64,000 bases of DNA from assembly GCF_006345805.1 (NCBI RefSeq), contig NC_043001.1, positions 7,440,001-7,504,000 of the forward strand, written 5' to 3'. The stretch comes from Octopus sinensis. Its lineage: Eukaryota. A program made the translations under genes and the position numbers. This document shows positions 37,012-50,388 of this stretch, one piece after another; position 1 is the stretch's first letter; each line of letters begins with the position of its first letter. Under the pieces are notes generated by a model. It saw only the letters and a program-made list of their open reading frames with translations. It was not told where the DNA came from and made no database searches.

Positions 37012-37382
37012 CTAGCAGTATCGCCCGGCGTTGCTCGGGTTTGTAAGGGAATAACTATAAGCATTTTTAGAGAGTTATAGCCAAAAAATAGCAAAAAATG
37101 GAAAAAAATTATGGTAAATTTTTTAGAGTTAAAACGGTTGAGTTGCGTCTCCTAGACAGTCTGTGGTTTGTTTTTCTGATTCTCGCCCCATGTCGAATTT
37201 ATCGATTTTTTTCAGAACTGGGGGAACTTTTCAAACTTTTCGCTGCGTTAGTTTTGAATTATGACATTGGGCTATGTGTGTGTTAAGTTTCATCAGAATC
37301 GGTTGAAAGCCGTGGTCAGGGGAGGGTACAACTAAAGACACACAGAAACACACACAGACAAACTGCCGTTTATATATATAGA
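37012..37382 (-). mobile_element. non-autonomous Helitron (copy 1)
   Basis: Minus strand starts TC-TATATATATAAACGGCAG and ends with hairpin CCCG-AGCAACGC-CGGG, then CGATACTG-CTAG followed by T. Confidence 0.8.
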
Positions 37383-37408
37383 GAGAGATATATATATATA
37401 CATATAGA

Positions 37409-37448
<40 letters not shown>

Positions 37449-37458
37449 GACTGATATA

Positions 37459-37491
<33 letters not shown>

Positions 37492-38134
37492 ATTATATAT
37501 ATATATATATAATATATATATATATGGTGTGTGTGTGTTGTGTGGGCACGTGGGTTTGTATTGTGTGTGTATATATACAAATGCATGTATAAGAGGTACA
37601 TGAAGCTTAAGCGCTTTCTATATAACTTAAACCCAAATGTGGAGTAACTGTCACAATTTCCATATGAGATACAGTTATATAATGGAAGAGCCTGGGACCC
37701 GTGTTCAGCTTCAACAATCCCCAGCATTTAAGGGTCAGAGGCAAACATGCAAAAGGGCGTGAGTAGCGTTTACGTCCTTAGCAATTTTCATACATTAATT
37801 TATAATAATCTAATATAACTCAGTATAGGCCTGAGTCATCTATACGTTTATTATATATATAAATGAAAGAATGGAGTCGAACGAAGATGTTAACAAAATT
37901 CCTTTACTCTCGACATATTTTGTTAACATCTTCGTTCGACTCATCTTTCATATTCATATACAACACACAAATTTCTGCACATGAACCCGGAGTTTCTACC
38001 CTTGGACAGGTCGATTCACCGTGTTTCTTGACGTGAATTTGCTACCCTAGTTTCGGTTCAACGAATAACCATGCTGACGATAAACATAGGATAATTCATT
38101 CACCTATTTAAATATATATATAATATATATATTA

Positions 38135-38508
38135 CTAGCAGTATCGCCCGGCGTTGCTCGGGTTTGTAAGGGAAATACTATAAAGCATTTTTAGAGAGTT
38201 ATAGCCAAAAAATAGCAAAAAATGGAAAAAAAAATTATGGTAAATTTTTTGAGAGTTAAAACGGTTGAGTTGCGTCTCCTAGACAGTCTGTGGTTTGTGT
38301 TTCTGATTCTCGGCCCCATGTCGAATTTATCGATTTTTTTCAGAACTGGGGGAACTTTTCAAACTTTTCGCTGCGTTAGTTTTGAATTATGACATTGGGC
38401 TATGGTGTGTAAGTTTCATCAGAATCGGTTGAAAGCCGTGGTCAGGGTGAGGGTACAACCTAACAGACACACAGAAACAACACAGACAAACTGCCGTTTA
38501 TATATAGA
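38135..38508 (-). mobile_element. non-autonomous Helitron (copy 2, within the tandem duplication)
   Basis: Same termini as copy 1. Confidence 0.8.
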
Positions 38509-38535
38509 GAGATATATATTATATATACATATAGA

Positions 38536-38575
<40 letters not shown>

Positions 38576-38717
38576 GACTGATATATATAATATATATATA
38601 ATATATATATACATATAGACGATATCTATATATATATTATATATATATATACATTAGACTGATATATATATCTATATATATATCTATATATCTATACATA
38701 TATATATATATATATTA

Positions 38718-38756
<39 letters not shown>

Positions 38757-38780
38757 GATGATAGATAGATAGATAGATAC

Positions 38781-38835
<55 letters not shown>

Positions 38836-38836
38836 T
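38757..38836. repeat. (GATA)n microsatellite
   Basis: Direct run. Confidence 0.95.
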
Positions 38837-39839
38837 TTATAAATTCTAGAAAATCTACGCATCTACGATGGAGGCATAATATGAGGGAGGGAAGTCATAA
38901 TAGGTGTATGTATTGAGAAATGTGTAAACGGATTTGATAGATTAATGGGTGATGTTTTAGTGGAGTCACATTATTGTTGGTGATACAGCATTTTATTGCA
39001 GCGATAGGACATGAATTACCGACTAAATGAAATGACGTGATGATTCACTCCCGAACTGAAATGTGCTCCCAGCCTCTGATTCATGAATGGTTATGTGGAC
39101 CACTCCCACCGAAACCAGATCTTCCATCGACAACTACATCAAAAATATTAAGAATATATGTTATTATTAAGAAGTATATGTTATTACGAATAATATATAC
39201 TTTTAATAATACCAATATCATTACAAAATTCCTTCGTTGACCGCATTTTCTGTATAGTCGACACTAATTTCCCAATTACTGTAGACGTTGCTCTGCTCAT
39301 AGTGCCGTATAGCAAAGTAATCGCACGGAAAGCATATGTATATATATATATATATTATATATGTTATGTATGTATGCATATATTATATATATATATATAT
39401 ATATATTATATACATTATATATATATATATATAAATATATAATATATATTATATTATTGTGTGTGTGTGTGTGTGTCTGTGTGTCTGTGTGTCTGTGTAT
39501 TTATAGTTTCAGCACAGAGCTGCGGCCATGCTGATGCACTGCCGTTTTGCGCTACACTGTTAATATATTCTAATATAAGTATAAAATTTTATCTAAACAA
39601 TTTATCAGTGGCCACCATATGAAAAATACATTTTAATGTGAAAATTATAAATATAATTATAAATAAGGGCAAAAGAAAAAAACATTCTTTGCCAAAATGC
39701 TGAAATATAGACGCGAAATCGTCCAACCATATAAAGTATTTTATGTCGTTAGACTATTTATCGATTTGCACTTAGTTATATTATATATATACATACATAT
39801 ATGTATATATACATATATATATATATACATATATATATA

Positions 39840-39870
<31 letters not shown>

Positions 39871-39872
<2 letters not shown>

Positions 39873-40264
39873 ATTGATTGATTGATTGATTCTAGTTTCA
39901 GCTCACGAGCTGTGGCCATGCTGGGGCACCGCTATTTGGTGTTGCTACATGGCTTTACTTCATGAATGCTTTTTAGAAACTGCCATTTGGTGCATGAGAG
40001 AGTTCGATGCAGCTGCCCTCATCTGCACCTCCTGCCGTGAAGTTGTTTCAACTGGATACCTGACAAGAAGAGATCCAGTTTCATTTTAAAGACATCTGCA
40101 TCCACCCCATGCAGATCTTTAGGTTCTTCGGGAGGATATTGAAGAGCTGTGGGCTCGGAAGCCCAGGCTAACACAGTATCTTGTCCTACATCTTGATGGC
40201 AAATTTGGAGTCTTGGCACCACGCAGTGGCGCCCTGTTCTGGCATTGGTGTAACTCTCGATGCC
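39871..40264 (-). mobile_element. CR1-group LINE 3' fragment, second subfamily with (ATCA)n tail
   Basis: DLHGVDADVFKMKLDLFLSGI; 3' end GGTGCCCCAGCATGGCCA-CAGCTC-GT-GAGCTG-AAACTAGA-(ATCA)n. Confidence 0.88.
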
Positions 40265-40277
40265 AAAGTTATATATG

Positions 40278-40406
<129 letters not shown>

Positions 40407-40598
40407 TATACATATACATATATATATATACATATATATGTATATTATGTACATATATAATATACATATATGTATATAATATATATTTGTATATATATAT
40501 GTATATATATATGTATAATATATATGTGTATATATATATGTTTATGATATATATATATTATATATAATATAATATATATAACATATACATAATATATA

Positions 40599-40666
<68 letters not shown>

Positions 40667-43188
40667 TGATATAATGGTCGTTATGTCCGTCTGTTTGTCG
40701 GTTTCTTTTCAAGGTCCAACGGCAGGGCCAATGGTGACGATATTTTTGAGGATTACGAAAGAGTTAATCAAGGGGAAAATCGGGAAAATTATGTCTGTTT
40801 ATTGAATATTGATTTTGTATTCATAAATCACCTTTGAATTTTTTTGTTGTTGTCGTTAGAATTCCGGCGACGGAGATTAACTTTGGATTTCTCCCCGTAT
40901 AATCTGTGAAATAGAGTGTTTAGATTTGCGACACTATGCCATTATTTCCCATCGTGGATGGGAAGACTCCTAAATATTCTGCTTGCACATTCACAGCAAA
41001 CAAGTACAGACTTTAGAATGTATAGGTGCATTTTTACCCATTCCGATGTTTACATACGACCAGCCAATAGCGACCCCCACGCGGATAGGAAAGCCTACTT
41101 TTCCTGTCGTGGACTTATAAGCCCCTTTATTAGACTATTTTCTTTACTCGTTGCACGGTGATAACTGTACGCTTTAAGCTTATATATATATATATACCAT
41201 TATTATTATTTACAGGATTGTAAAATACGGCACGTTATAACAAAACCATTTGCACCGAAAAAAATAGAAAATTTGTCTACAAAAACAACTACGAACTAAT
41301 ATGGGTCTTAAATTTGACAGAGACAGGGAGACTAATTAGCTGTTGCAATAGTAAGACTATTAGTAGCGTTAACAAAGAGGTGTGGGTTCGATTCCTACGC
41401 AGATTGGAAAAGCCTACATGTTTCTGTCGATATTTCTGTCTATATACCCCATTATTAAACTATTTCTTAGTCATCATATAAGCTTTAGTCTTATATAAAT
41501 ACCATTATACACAAACACACACTCACTCACACACACACACACACTCACACATACTAGGCTTGAAGCCGCTCTTTGTGCGGCATTCTATCTGGCCCCTTAG
41601 GAGGGCATCGTTGAGACATTCAGCCCAATTATGTGGCCGCCAATCGGGTCTCTACACTTGTGTAATGATATTTATTTCTGGAAAGGTGGTAAGAACTGAT
41701 GTTGATCATAATTTAATCAATAAACCTAGGAGTGAGGTAAATGCAGTAAAAATAGAGGTCGTCAGTGGGACCCCATTGAAGCGGCTCTTCAGAAATTGAA
41801 ATTTCTTACCATACTCTCTGAGAGTTGATGAAATTCAAGTTGGTCGCCAATCCCATGTTTAAAACAGAATAATAATAATAAGAGGTCAACGGAGCCCCAG
41901 TTAGGCGAACCCTAAGAATAGACCTCCTCAGGACAATAGGTGTGCTGCTGGTTTGAGTTAACTGCTCCTATACCGTTGGTATAGGAGCAATTAACGAACA
42001 GAAGAACGTAGTGGACAGAGAAACTTCACTCAGATTCATATTAAGATGTCCTTGTAATATATTTACGGTGAACGTATCCTGGTGTGCTTCAGCACAGAAT
42101 TAAGAAATCTTTTCATGGAGATTTAAGAAAATATTACCAAATAAGCACCAACTAATTATCCACAACACCTGAACCAGATGCTATAAGCACTCTTAGAACA
42201 TACGCTGGCAAAAAAAGATCCTAAATATTGAATAATTTTTATTAGAATCAGGTACGAACAAAACGGATTATAATTATCGCAGATACCGGAACGACTCGTT
42301 TGCAGAATAGCGTAAATACAATACAGGATCACAATGTAATATACATGAATGAAAAGTGCCGTGGTATAACAAATTGGTGAAATTACAGACGAGTAGCAGC
42401 TATTCATTAGATGTTTCAATAGAACTATGAGCTCTAAGATCTTCACACTTCAAGAAACCGTAATTGGCAGTGCAACAGGATGCTAGCATAAATAACTACT
42501 ACTATCAAATTCATTGAATAAAGTAACTCGGATGTTGTCAGTTCAATAATATGTAACTGATACCGATCAAATGAAACTTTTATTTGCCGTTTCTTACGTG
42601 GCCTTGTTATAAACCCCTTTCGAAGAAATGTGGTTCGTCCTTTTCTCTTGTATTAATTCTTTGTCTCTTCTCCGTGCTCAAGTCTTTATTTTAAATTCTT
42701 GCTGACTTCTTGGTTGTGCAGAAGTAACTGAATATATCTCACAATTGTATCTCCTTCATTTTAAAATCTTTTCTTTTCCTTCCCCTTTTCTTCAATATAT
42801 ACACCTGCGTTGGTAATTAACTAATGAACAAGATTCTCATTTTCGACGTTCTTGACTTGTAATGACATCGCTCTCTACTTAAATGTTTGCAGGAATTAAA
42901 ATGCACCACTCATTATTCCAGCAGAACATTTTAATTGATGAATAATGCTTAATATCTTGGAACGTATAGCAGGCAATCATAAGAATATTTATGCCAAATT
43001 ACTTGTGGACGTATGCACATCAAATTTATGTGACTCGCCTGGAGTCGATGGTCATTATAAATAATATCTATTAATATCACATGGATGGGGTGATGTACTC
43101 CAACAAACACACATGTCATGCCGAAACATATGTAGTAATGCATTAAGAAATATATTAAATTCTCTTTCAGCGAAATTTTTCTTGTGCG

Positions 43189-43234
<46 letters not shown>

Positions 43235-43245
43235 TAAATAAATGG

Positions 43246-44011
43246 AGTTTAACGCAGGTGTAAATCAAATATGTTTACTTTCGCCACATGTTTCGAAAAT
43301 TCCACTGATACTATTCAAAAGAATAAATGGTATAAACAATGCAATCTTCTCTTCAGGAAAGTGAAAAACACGAAACTCGTCAATAAGACATTTTAGCAAC
43401 AAATGATGGATTTGTATAGCGATTGACAGAACACTATTAATATCGTTTAAATAAACGTTATATGATATAACGTCATAACTGATTTGGCATTTAAAAGACC
43501 ACAATGAACAATTTCATTTAGAATGGTTGATTGTCTCAATTTCAATAATTTATGATAAAGACAAGGAATTCTGTCTTCTCTGCAATTCTGAGCTATTTTT
43601 CATTATTTTTTCTAAAAATACTCTAGTAAACACGGTTATAGAGCGAGCATACAGATGTAAGCATTGGCAAAAACACACATTTAGTGCATATAAGTAGTCT
43701 CTATCATTATATATAATTTAAACTTTAACTTCCTTTATATTTAACATTCACTATTGGTATCCCTTTCTGTTAGCTACTTATGACGTTATATCAGATAACG
43801 TTTTTTTAAACAATATTAATAGCGTTCTGTCAATCGCTATACAAATCCATCATTTGTTGCTAAAATGTCTTATTGACGAGTTTCGTGTTTTTCGCTTTCC
43901 TGAAGAGAAGATTGCATTATTTATAACATCTATTATTTTGAATAGTATCAGTGGAATTTTCGAAAGATGTGTCGAAAGTAAAAATATTTGATTTACACCT
44001 ACGTTAAACTG
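43246..44011. mobile_element. foldback/MITE-like element with ~233-bp terminal inverted repeats
   Basis: 43246-43478 is the reverse complement of 43778-44010, with scattered mismatches; right end ...GTTAAACTG-TA suggests a Tc1/mariner-type TA target. Confidence 0.8.
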
Positions 44012-44780
44012 TATTTATTTACTCATATATTATTCAAAATATTCCACGTAAACAAGAAGTTCCTACCTTTATAAACAAGAAGTTACAACATCTTTACTTG
44101 TGAGATTTTTGCTATCCTAGTAACTATTTATTTATTTTTTCCGTGTTAATTGTTAACAAGGTAAAAATACACTCATCTATTTATATATATATACATATAT
44201 ATAAATATATATATGTATATATGTGTGTGTGTGTTTTTTTGGAGGGGTATGTGAGGTAATGTGAAGAAGATTCAAAGGTGTCAGGTAATGCTGAGTAAGA
44301 GCTATGGATACGCTATATTTAAGCTCCAGGTTAGGTGATTATGCGAATGAAGGGTCCAACGTAGATCAAATATCAGCATACGTATATATATAAAAAAGAA
44401 GAATGAGATAAAAATCCAAGAAAGATTTCGTTTCTTTATTATCTCTATCCCTGCTTTTCTTTTCTTATTTTTCATCTTTCCTTTTTTTCCACTTATCCTG
44501 TTTTGATTTGACCTTGCAAACACATTCACAACTTATAAGACACTTCAAAAAAGCCCATGATTCAATATCACCCTTTGCAAACACTATGCTCAGAATTACC
44601 AATTTTAAATACTATTGCAACATACACACAAGGTAGAGGGATCTTATATTTATACCATTCTTCCTAAATAATGGAACTGCAGGTATATTATCCCTGAATA
44701 CGTCACGTCTATTTTCATTCCTCCACTTCACGATCTATTTCACATCTAAAATAACTATCGTTTAACCATTATCTCACACC

Positions 44781-44828
44781 GTCTCCGAGGGAGGGATATA
44801 TAAAATATCTCGGAAACAGCTGTAAGAC
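44781..44828 (+). ncRNA. degenerate type I hammerhead motif (family D)
   Basis: GTCT-CCGAGGG-A-GGGATAT-ATAAA-ATATCTC-G-GAAAC-AGCT-GTA-AGAC; all three stems intact, core mutated (U4C, A9G). Confidence 0.55.
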
Positions 44829-45007
44829 TTTCTCTTTATAAACGTTCTGACATCTTTCACAGCCACGGGTTTTCATCTTATTCTGTTAATTTTGAATATA
44901 TATATATATATGTATGTATATGTATGTATCCATATATAGATATATATGTGTGCATGCATATATGTATGTATGTAAGAATGTGTGTATGTATGTATATATA
45001 TATATAT

Positions 45008-45411
45008 ACTATTTTACTCTTTTACTTGTTTTAGTCATTTTACTGCGGCCATGCTGGAGCACCGCCTTTAATCTAGCAACTCGACCCCGGGACTTATTCT
45101 TTGTAAGCCCAGTACTTATTCTATCAGTCTCTTTTGCCGAACAGCTAACTAACGGGGACATAAGCACACCAGCATCGGTTGTCAAGCAATGCTAGGGGGA
45201 CAAACACAGACACACAAACATATATAAGCACACATATATATACATATATACGACGTGCTTCTTTCAGTTTCCGTCTACCAAATCCACTCACAAGGATTTG
45301 GTCGGCCCGGGGCTATAGTAGAAGACACTTGCCCAAGGTGCCATGCAGTGGGACTGAACCCAGAACCATGTGGTTAGTAAGCAAGCTACTTACCACATAG
45401 CCACTCCTTCG

Positions 45412-45413
<2 letters not shown>
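45008..45413 (-). mobile_element. tRNA-derived SINE, long family
   Basis: Full head-to-tail match to the 5569 copy. Confidence 0.92.
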
Positions 45414-45481
<68 letters not shown>

Positions 45482-45486
<5 letters not shown>

Positions 45487-45730
45487 TAAATATTAGGGAA
45501 TAAATCCAAATTTACAGGGAAAAAATCAGATTTAGGATTAAATCCAATTTTATAGTAAAATATTATAAAATATTATTAGAGACAAAACCACTATTTTGCA
45601 AAACAAACAAGGAAAGACTTAATCAATACATACAATTTTAATAAATAGTCAAAAAAACCGCCACTACAATTATTTCTTGTCTTGATCGACAATCTTCAGG
45701 TGGACTTCCAATAAGTCAGTTTCAAATATA
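45482..45730 (-). mobile_element. PLE pseudo-LTR-like repeat with hammerhead (family E), abutting (TA)n
   Basis: Carries the HHR at 45661-45703; a related A-rich block without the HHR lies at ~47870-48110. Confidence 0.65.
45661..45703 (-). ncRNA. near-intact type I hammerhead motif (family E)
   Basis: CCAC-CTGAAGA-TTGTC-GATCAA-GACAA-GAAAT-AATT-GTA-GTGG; canonical core, C15.2U gives a U.G wobble. Confidence 0.7.
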
Positions 45731-46593
45731 TATGAAACTCATAGCATATTTTCCTATATATTTATGCTATGAGTTTCATCTATCTTCTTTCCCCGAAAAT
45801 CATCCCTGTCCGCCTGTATGTCTCTATGTACACACACACACACACACACACACACTCATGTGAGTGTGTTTGTGTGTGTTGCTTGTACGTGCATACATTT
45901 GTATATGTATACGTGTATACCTATTAAGCCTAATAAAAGATACTCTAACGGTATCATTCACACATCAGAAGCCTCATTGAAATTAAGTAAATCGATTTAC
46001 GAGTAGCAAACGTCGTTCATATAAATCACATTTCACTGTGGACCTGAGGGTTGGATCGGCTGAAATATCGTTTAAAAGGAATTCACACTCGTGTCATTCA
46101 TAATATGAATTATACTTTAACTGACATCAGCAAAATTATGTTTATGCCATAAATATAAAACGCAGCACACTTCTGTGACTGTCTAAATAAACGTGATGAC
46201 AAGTGCATAATTTTTTTGTAATACCACAAATATTCGCTGCTAAGATGTTTTAGTTTCCGTTTTGTTATCTTTACTACCAATATCAGAAATTTTAAAGTCA
46301 TCAAATCTATTCATTCAAAGTACCTACCAAACATTTATCGAATATTCACCTGGGTGTAACAGGTTTAATAAAGCGAGTAGACGAATATATTGATGATCAG
46401 ATTGTAACACAATTGATGGAAATTTTATGTCTAGTTTGAAACTATATGAATGAGATGCATTTAGGACTACGCTTTGTATGAGATTAATATTAGGCTGTAA
46501 GGTATAAAATGTCTGGTCGTTTAGGATGTAGGTTTCAGTGCTTAGCGGTCAACTTCACTGAAAGTGAAATTTGACGAAAATATGTAAAGTACA

Positions 46594-47012
46594 GGCGCAG
46601 GAGTGGCTGTGTGGTAAGTAGCTTGCTAACCAACCACATGGTTCTGGCTTCAATCCCACTGCGTGGCACCTTGGGCAAATGTCTTCTACTATAACCTCGT
46701 GCCGACCAAAGCCTTGTGAGTGGATTTGGTAGACGGAAACTGAAATGAGCCCGTCGTATACATGTATATATATATATGCGTGTGTGTGTGTTTGTGTATC
46801 TGTGTTTGTCCCCCTAGCATTGCTTGACATCCGATGCTGGTGTGTTTATGTCACCGTCACTTAGCGGTTCGGCAAAAGAGAACGATATAATAAGTACTGG
46901 GCTTACAAAAGAATAAGTCCTGGGGTCGAGTTGGTCGATTAAAGGCGGTGCTCCAGCATGACCACAGTTAAATTACTGAAACAAGTAAATGAATAAAAGA
47001 GAGAGTAAAGAG
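46594..47012 (+). mobile_element. tRNA-derived SINE, long family
   Basis: Full head-to-tail match to the other copies. Confidence 0.92.
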
Positions 47013-47524
47013 TACTAATGATGGTCTGTGGATCGCCAAAACAACATGGACTTCTTTTCTCATTTCCATATTTTATCTTCAACTATCTTCAGAGTTAAAA
47101 GTTTAATTGGTTGATTTTATTCATTGAGTCTTTTGATGCGCCTGGTGAGTATTTTTTTTCTTTTTAGGGAGCCGGTTTCTGCTTGAGTTATTGGATTTAG
47201 TGGGAGCGTATTTTGAGCATGTATAGAAATTAATTAATTTATTTATCTATTTATACTGACGCATTTTTCAATCCCCCAAATTCCCCAAAAAGCACCATGC
47301 CCACCTACACATACTTCCTTACACTGCTGCTCATATTATTTTCTTTGTATATGCTAAATATTCTCAATCCATCTTTTTTTCATTTGAAGAATTACAGATG
47401 ACCGTAATGTCATACCATTTACGCGTCCCACTCGAGCGTGAAGATTTAATCTATTTTTTCAGCAATTGAACTTCCAGTGTATTGTTTTGGTGTTTTTCTT
47501 ATGAAATAGCATGCATCATATATG

Positions 47525-47554
47525 CTTGTGTATGTATACACACACACACACACG

Positions 47555-47604
<50 letters not shown>

Positions 47605-47763
47605 ATATATAGGGAGAGTTTACGAGAATAAAAGCAAAAGACGAAGACAGGTGGTGCACAAAACAAACAGATCTCTTAGTATACGCTCAGGAATAGAAAA
47701 AGTATTTTATGTTTCGCGCCTGTGTATATACATAATATATATATATATATATTATATATATAT

Positions 47764-47803
<40 letters not shown>

Positions 47804-48191
47804 ATATATATATATATATATATAATATATATAATATATAATATATATTATATATTTATATATATATAATTGTTTCGGGGAAATTAATCCAATCTTACAG
47901 CGAAAAAAAATTCAATTTAGAGATACTAAATCAAATTTGACAACAATATAATATAATAATATATATATATATAAATTAGAAAAAAACACCTTTTATCAAT
48001 TCAAAATGAACAATTAATTACGCCATCTAGAAAATTACATATAATAGAAATATTAAAAATAAATAATAATAAAATATCAATAATTAAGTAAATTGCCAAA
48101 AATGATAAAAACATATATAACTTGTATATATATAATTATATATATATATATAATTATATACATATATATATATATAACATATAATATATTA

Positions 48192-48243
<52 letters not shown>

Positions 48244-48363
48244 CACGTATACATATATAACTATATATATATACATATATATAATATATACATATATATA
48301 TACATAATATATATATATATATACATATATAGACATATACATATATACAAATATATATATATA

Positions 48364-48417
<54 letters not shown>

Positions 48418-48434
48418 CTATAATATATATATAC

Positions 48435-48501
<67 letters not shown>

Positions 48502-48602
48502 CATATATATAATATATATACATTACATATATACATATATATATATATATATTATATTATACATATTATATATACATATATATATATACATATTATATAC
48601 AT

Positions 48603-48635
<33 letters not shown>

Positions 48636-48660
48636 TAATATATATATATAATAATAATAT
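47525..48660. repeat. long (TA)n-dominated tract with embedded repeat fragments
   Basis: Direct runs; contains a family B fragment (47611-47720) and an A-rich pLTR-like fragment. Confidence 0.9.
47611..47720 (-). mobile_element. family B repeat, truncated within the hammerhead
   Basis: Reverse complement of ~31893-32005; only GAAAC-ATA-AAA of the HHR remains. Confidence 0.65.
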
Positions 48661-48880
48661 GAGGGTAATAAATATTTTAGAAATTTTTGCAACCAGTGGC
48701 CTAGTGTATATAAAATTTAGTCAATAGACTATATATTATTTATATAAAATATGGTCTATATTAAACACATCATAGGTTTTCCTTCATAGGTCTTCCTTAC
48801 ACTAGAAGAATCAGCTGTTCCTTCTGGCGTAAGGGAGTCCTATGATGGAAACCTCTAAATGTTTCTAACGTACACTGTAT
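48661..48880 (-). mobile_element. pLTR-like repeat related to the 9066/9631 direct repeats
   Basis: Minus strand ATTTTATATACACTAGGCCACTGGTTGC...ACCCTCAT versus ATTTTATGCGCTAGACCACTGGTG...ACCCTCAT. Confidence 0.45.
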
Positions 48881-48957
48881 TATATTTATACATTTTTGTC
48901 TATATTTAAACACATTTAGAATTTCAATCACATGACTCTCTTACACTAGAATGAACA

Positions 48958-49006
<49 letters not shown>

Positions 49007-50171
49007 AGCGAATATGTGTGCGTGAGTGTGTATGTGTTATATGTATGTACGTGCGTGTGTAGCTGTATGCTTGCTTCTTTCAAACATGTCTGCATGATAT
49101 TGCCAGGGAACGATAGCAACGTGATATCTTGACAGACATCACTCAAAAATCTGCCTCATTATCCGTCTAATTCAGCTTCATATTCAATAGATATTCTGAA
49201 GATCTAATTAGATATTTGATCCGCGTAAGACTAATCGCTATTTCAAAGATGCTGAGGCAAAATTGCTTCTCTCATAAGCATAAATGTTGTGTGGAAATAG
49301 ATATTCCAGGCGACACTTCTACACGCGTACATATACAGAGTGACACATACCAAGTATATATGCTTACACTTATATATACAATATGTGCACGGATACACAA
49401 ACGCAAATATACATACATATATTTATATATATATGTATATATATGTATATATGTATATATACATATATATATATACACATATATACATATATCATGCATG
49501 TATATATACATATATACATATATCATGCATGTACACATATATATATTCATACAAATAAATATTTTGTTATGCCATTGTTACATGCAGCACACACAGATAC
49601 ACACAGGTTACACACGATCATAATTGTTCGTACATATGCAAATTTACGTACCTACGAGCAGTATTTTATCCATTTATTTCCGTATAATTGAATATAATTA
49701 CGCATCTGAACAAGTTTAGCTTTCTTGGCAATGTTTTATTTCTTTTATTATTTGATGTTTATTTTACGAACATTACCACAAATCCATTCGATTAGTTCCG
49801 AGGAAGCCGATTTTATATATTTTACAATTATGAGGTTTTAATTTGCCAATTTGCAAAATTGACATATATTCGGAAAATTCTATCTGTTACAGTATTTAGT
49901 GTGAATGCTACAGTAGATTAATTTTTATACATATTTTACGATATGCAGTATATATTAATGTATAATATTACGAACAAGTTAGTCTTTGATCTCCCCTCTC
50001 GACACATATTTATCTTTGATCTTTTTACTGACTTTACTAAATTAAGTTATTAGCAAATGCATAATTCCAATAATTTGCGTGAGGTGCATTATGCATTGGA
50101 AATAGCTCTGAAATCCGTTAATGAATATATGTGTAAAAACAGGTAAGTCTATTTCCATTTCGAATTCATTG

Positions 50172-50388
50172 CATGTGGTGTTGAAAATTTCCTGGCTACG
50201 AGTAAAAGAGAATAGAAGCATTTATTAATTATGATTTTATTCTATACATACTCCTCTCAGATTCACTCAGTTATTGAAGCAAACCTTCAGTTTTTCCAAG
50301 CCCTGTAAAAAAACTCAGAAGTTTTGGCCTCCAACCATCGTTTCGCGATGCCCTTAAAACTAGAAACTTTTCAGCACCCCACTCATAT
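50172..50388. mobile_element. mariner-like MITE (second copy)
   Basis: Aligns by eye with 22292-22508 (TTAATTATGATTTTATTC...AGCCCTGTAAAA...CCCTTAAAAC.AGAA.CTTTTCAGCAC). Confidence 0.65.

Larger units (their letters stand above)
36401..38640. repeat. tandem duplication, period ~1123 bp
   Basis: Unit starts ATGGTGTGTG at 36401 and again at 37524; the copies differ mainly by small indels. Confidence 0.92.

Noticed and set aside
40667-41170. Possible second Helitron-like element after (TA)n
   Set aside because: No 3' hairpin plus CTAG terminus found.
43340-43390. GTG-AAAAA-CAC-GAAAC-TC-GTC in the MITE arm
   Set aside because: The core would be TTCAGGA (G5 lost) in both arms and stem III is not palindromic; chance resemblance.
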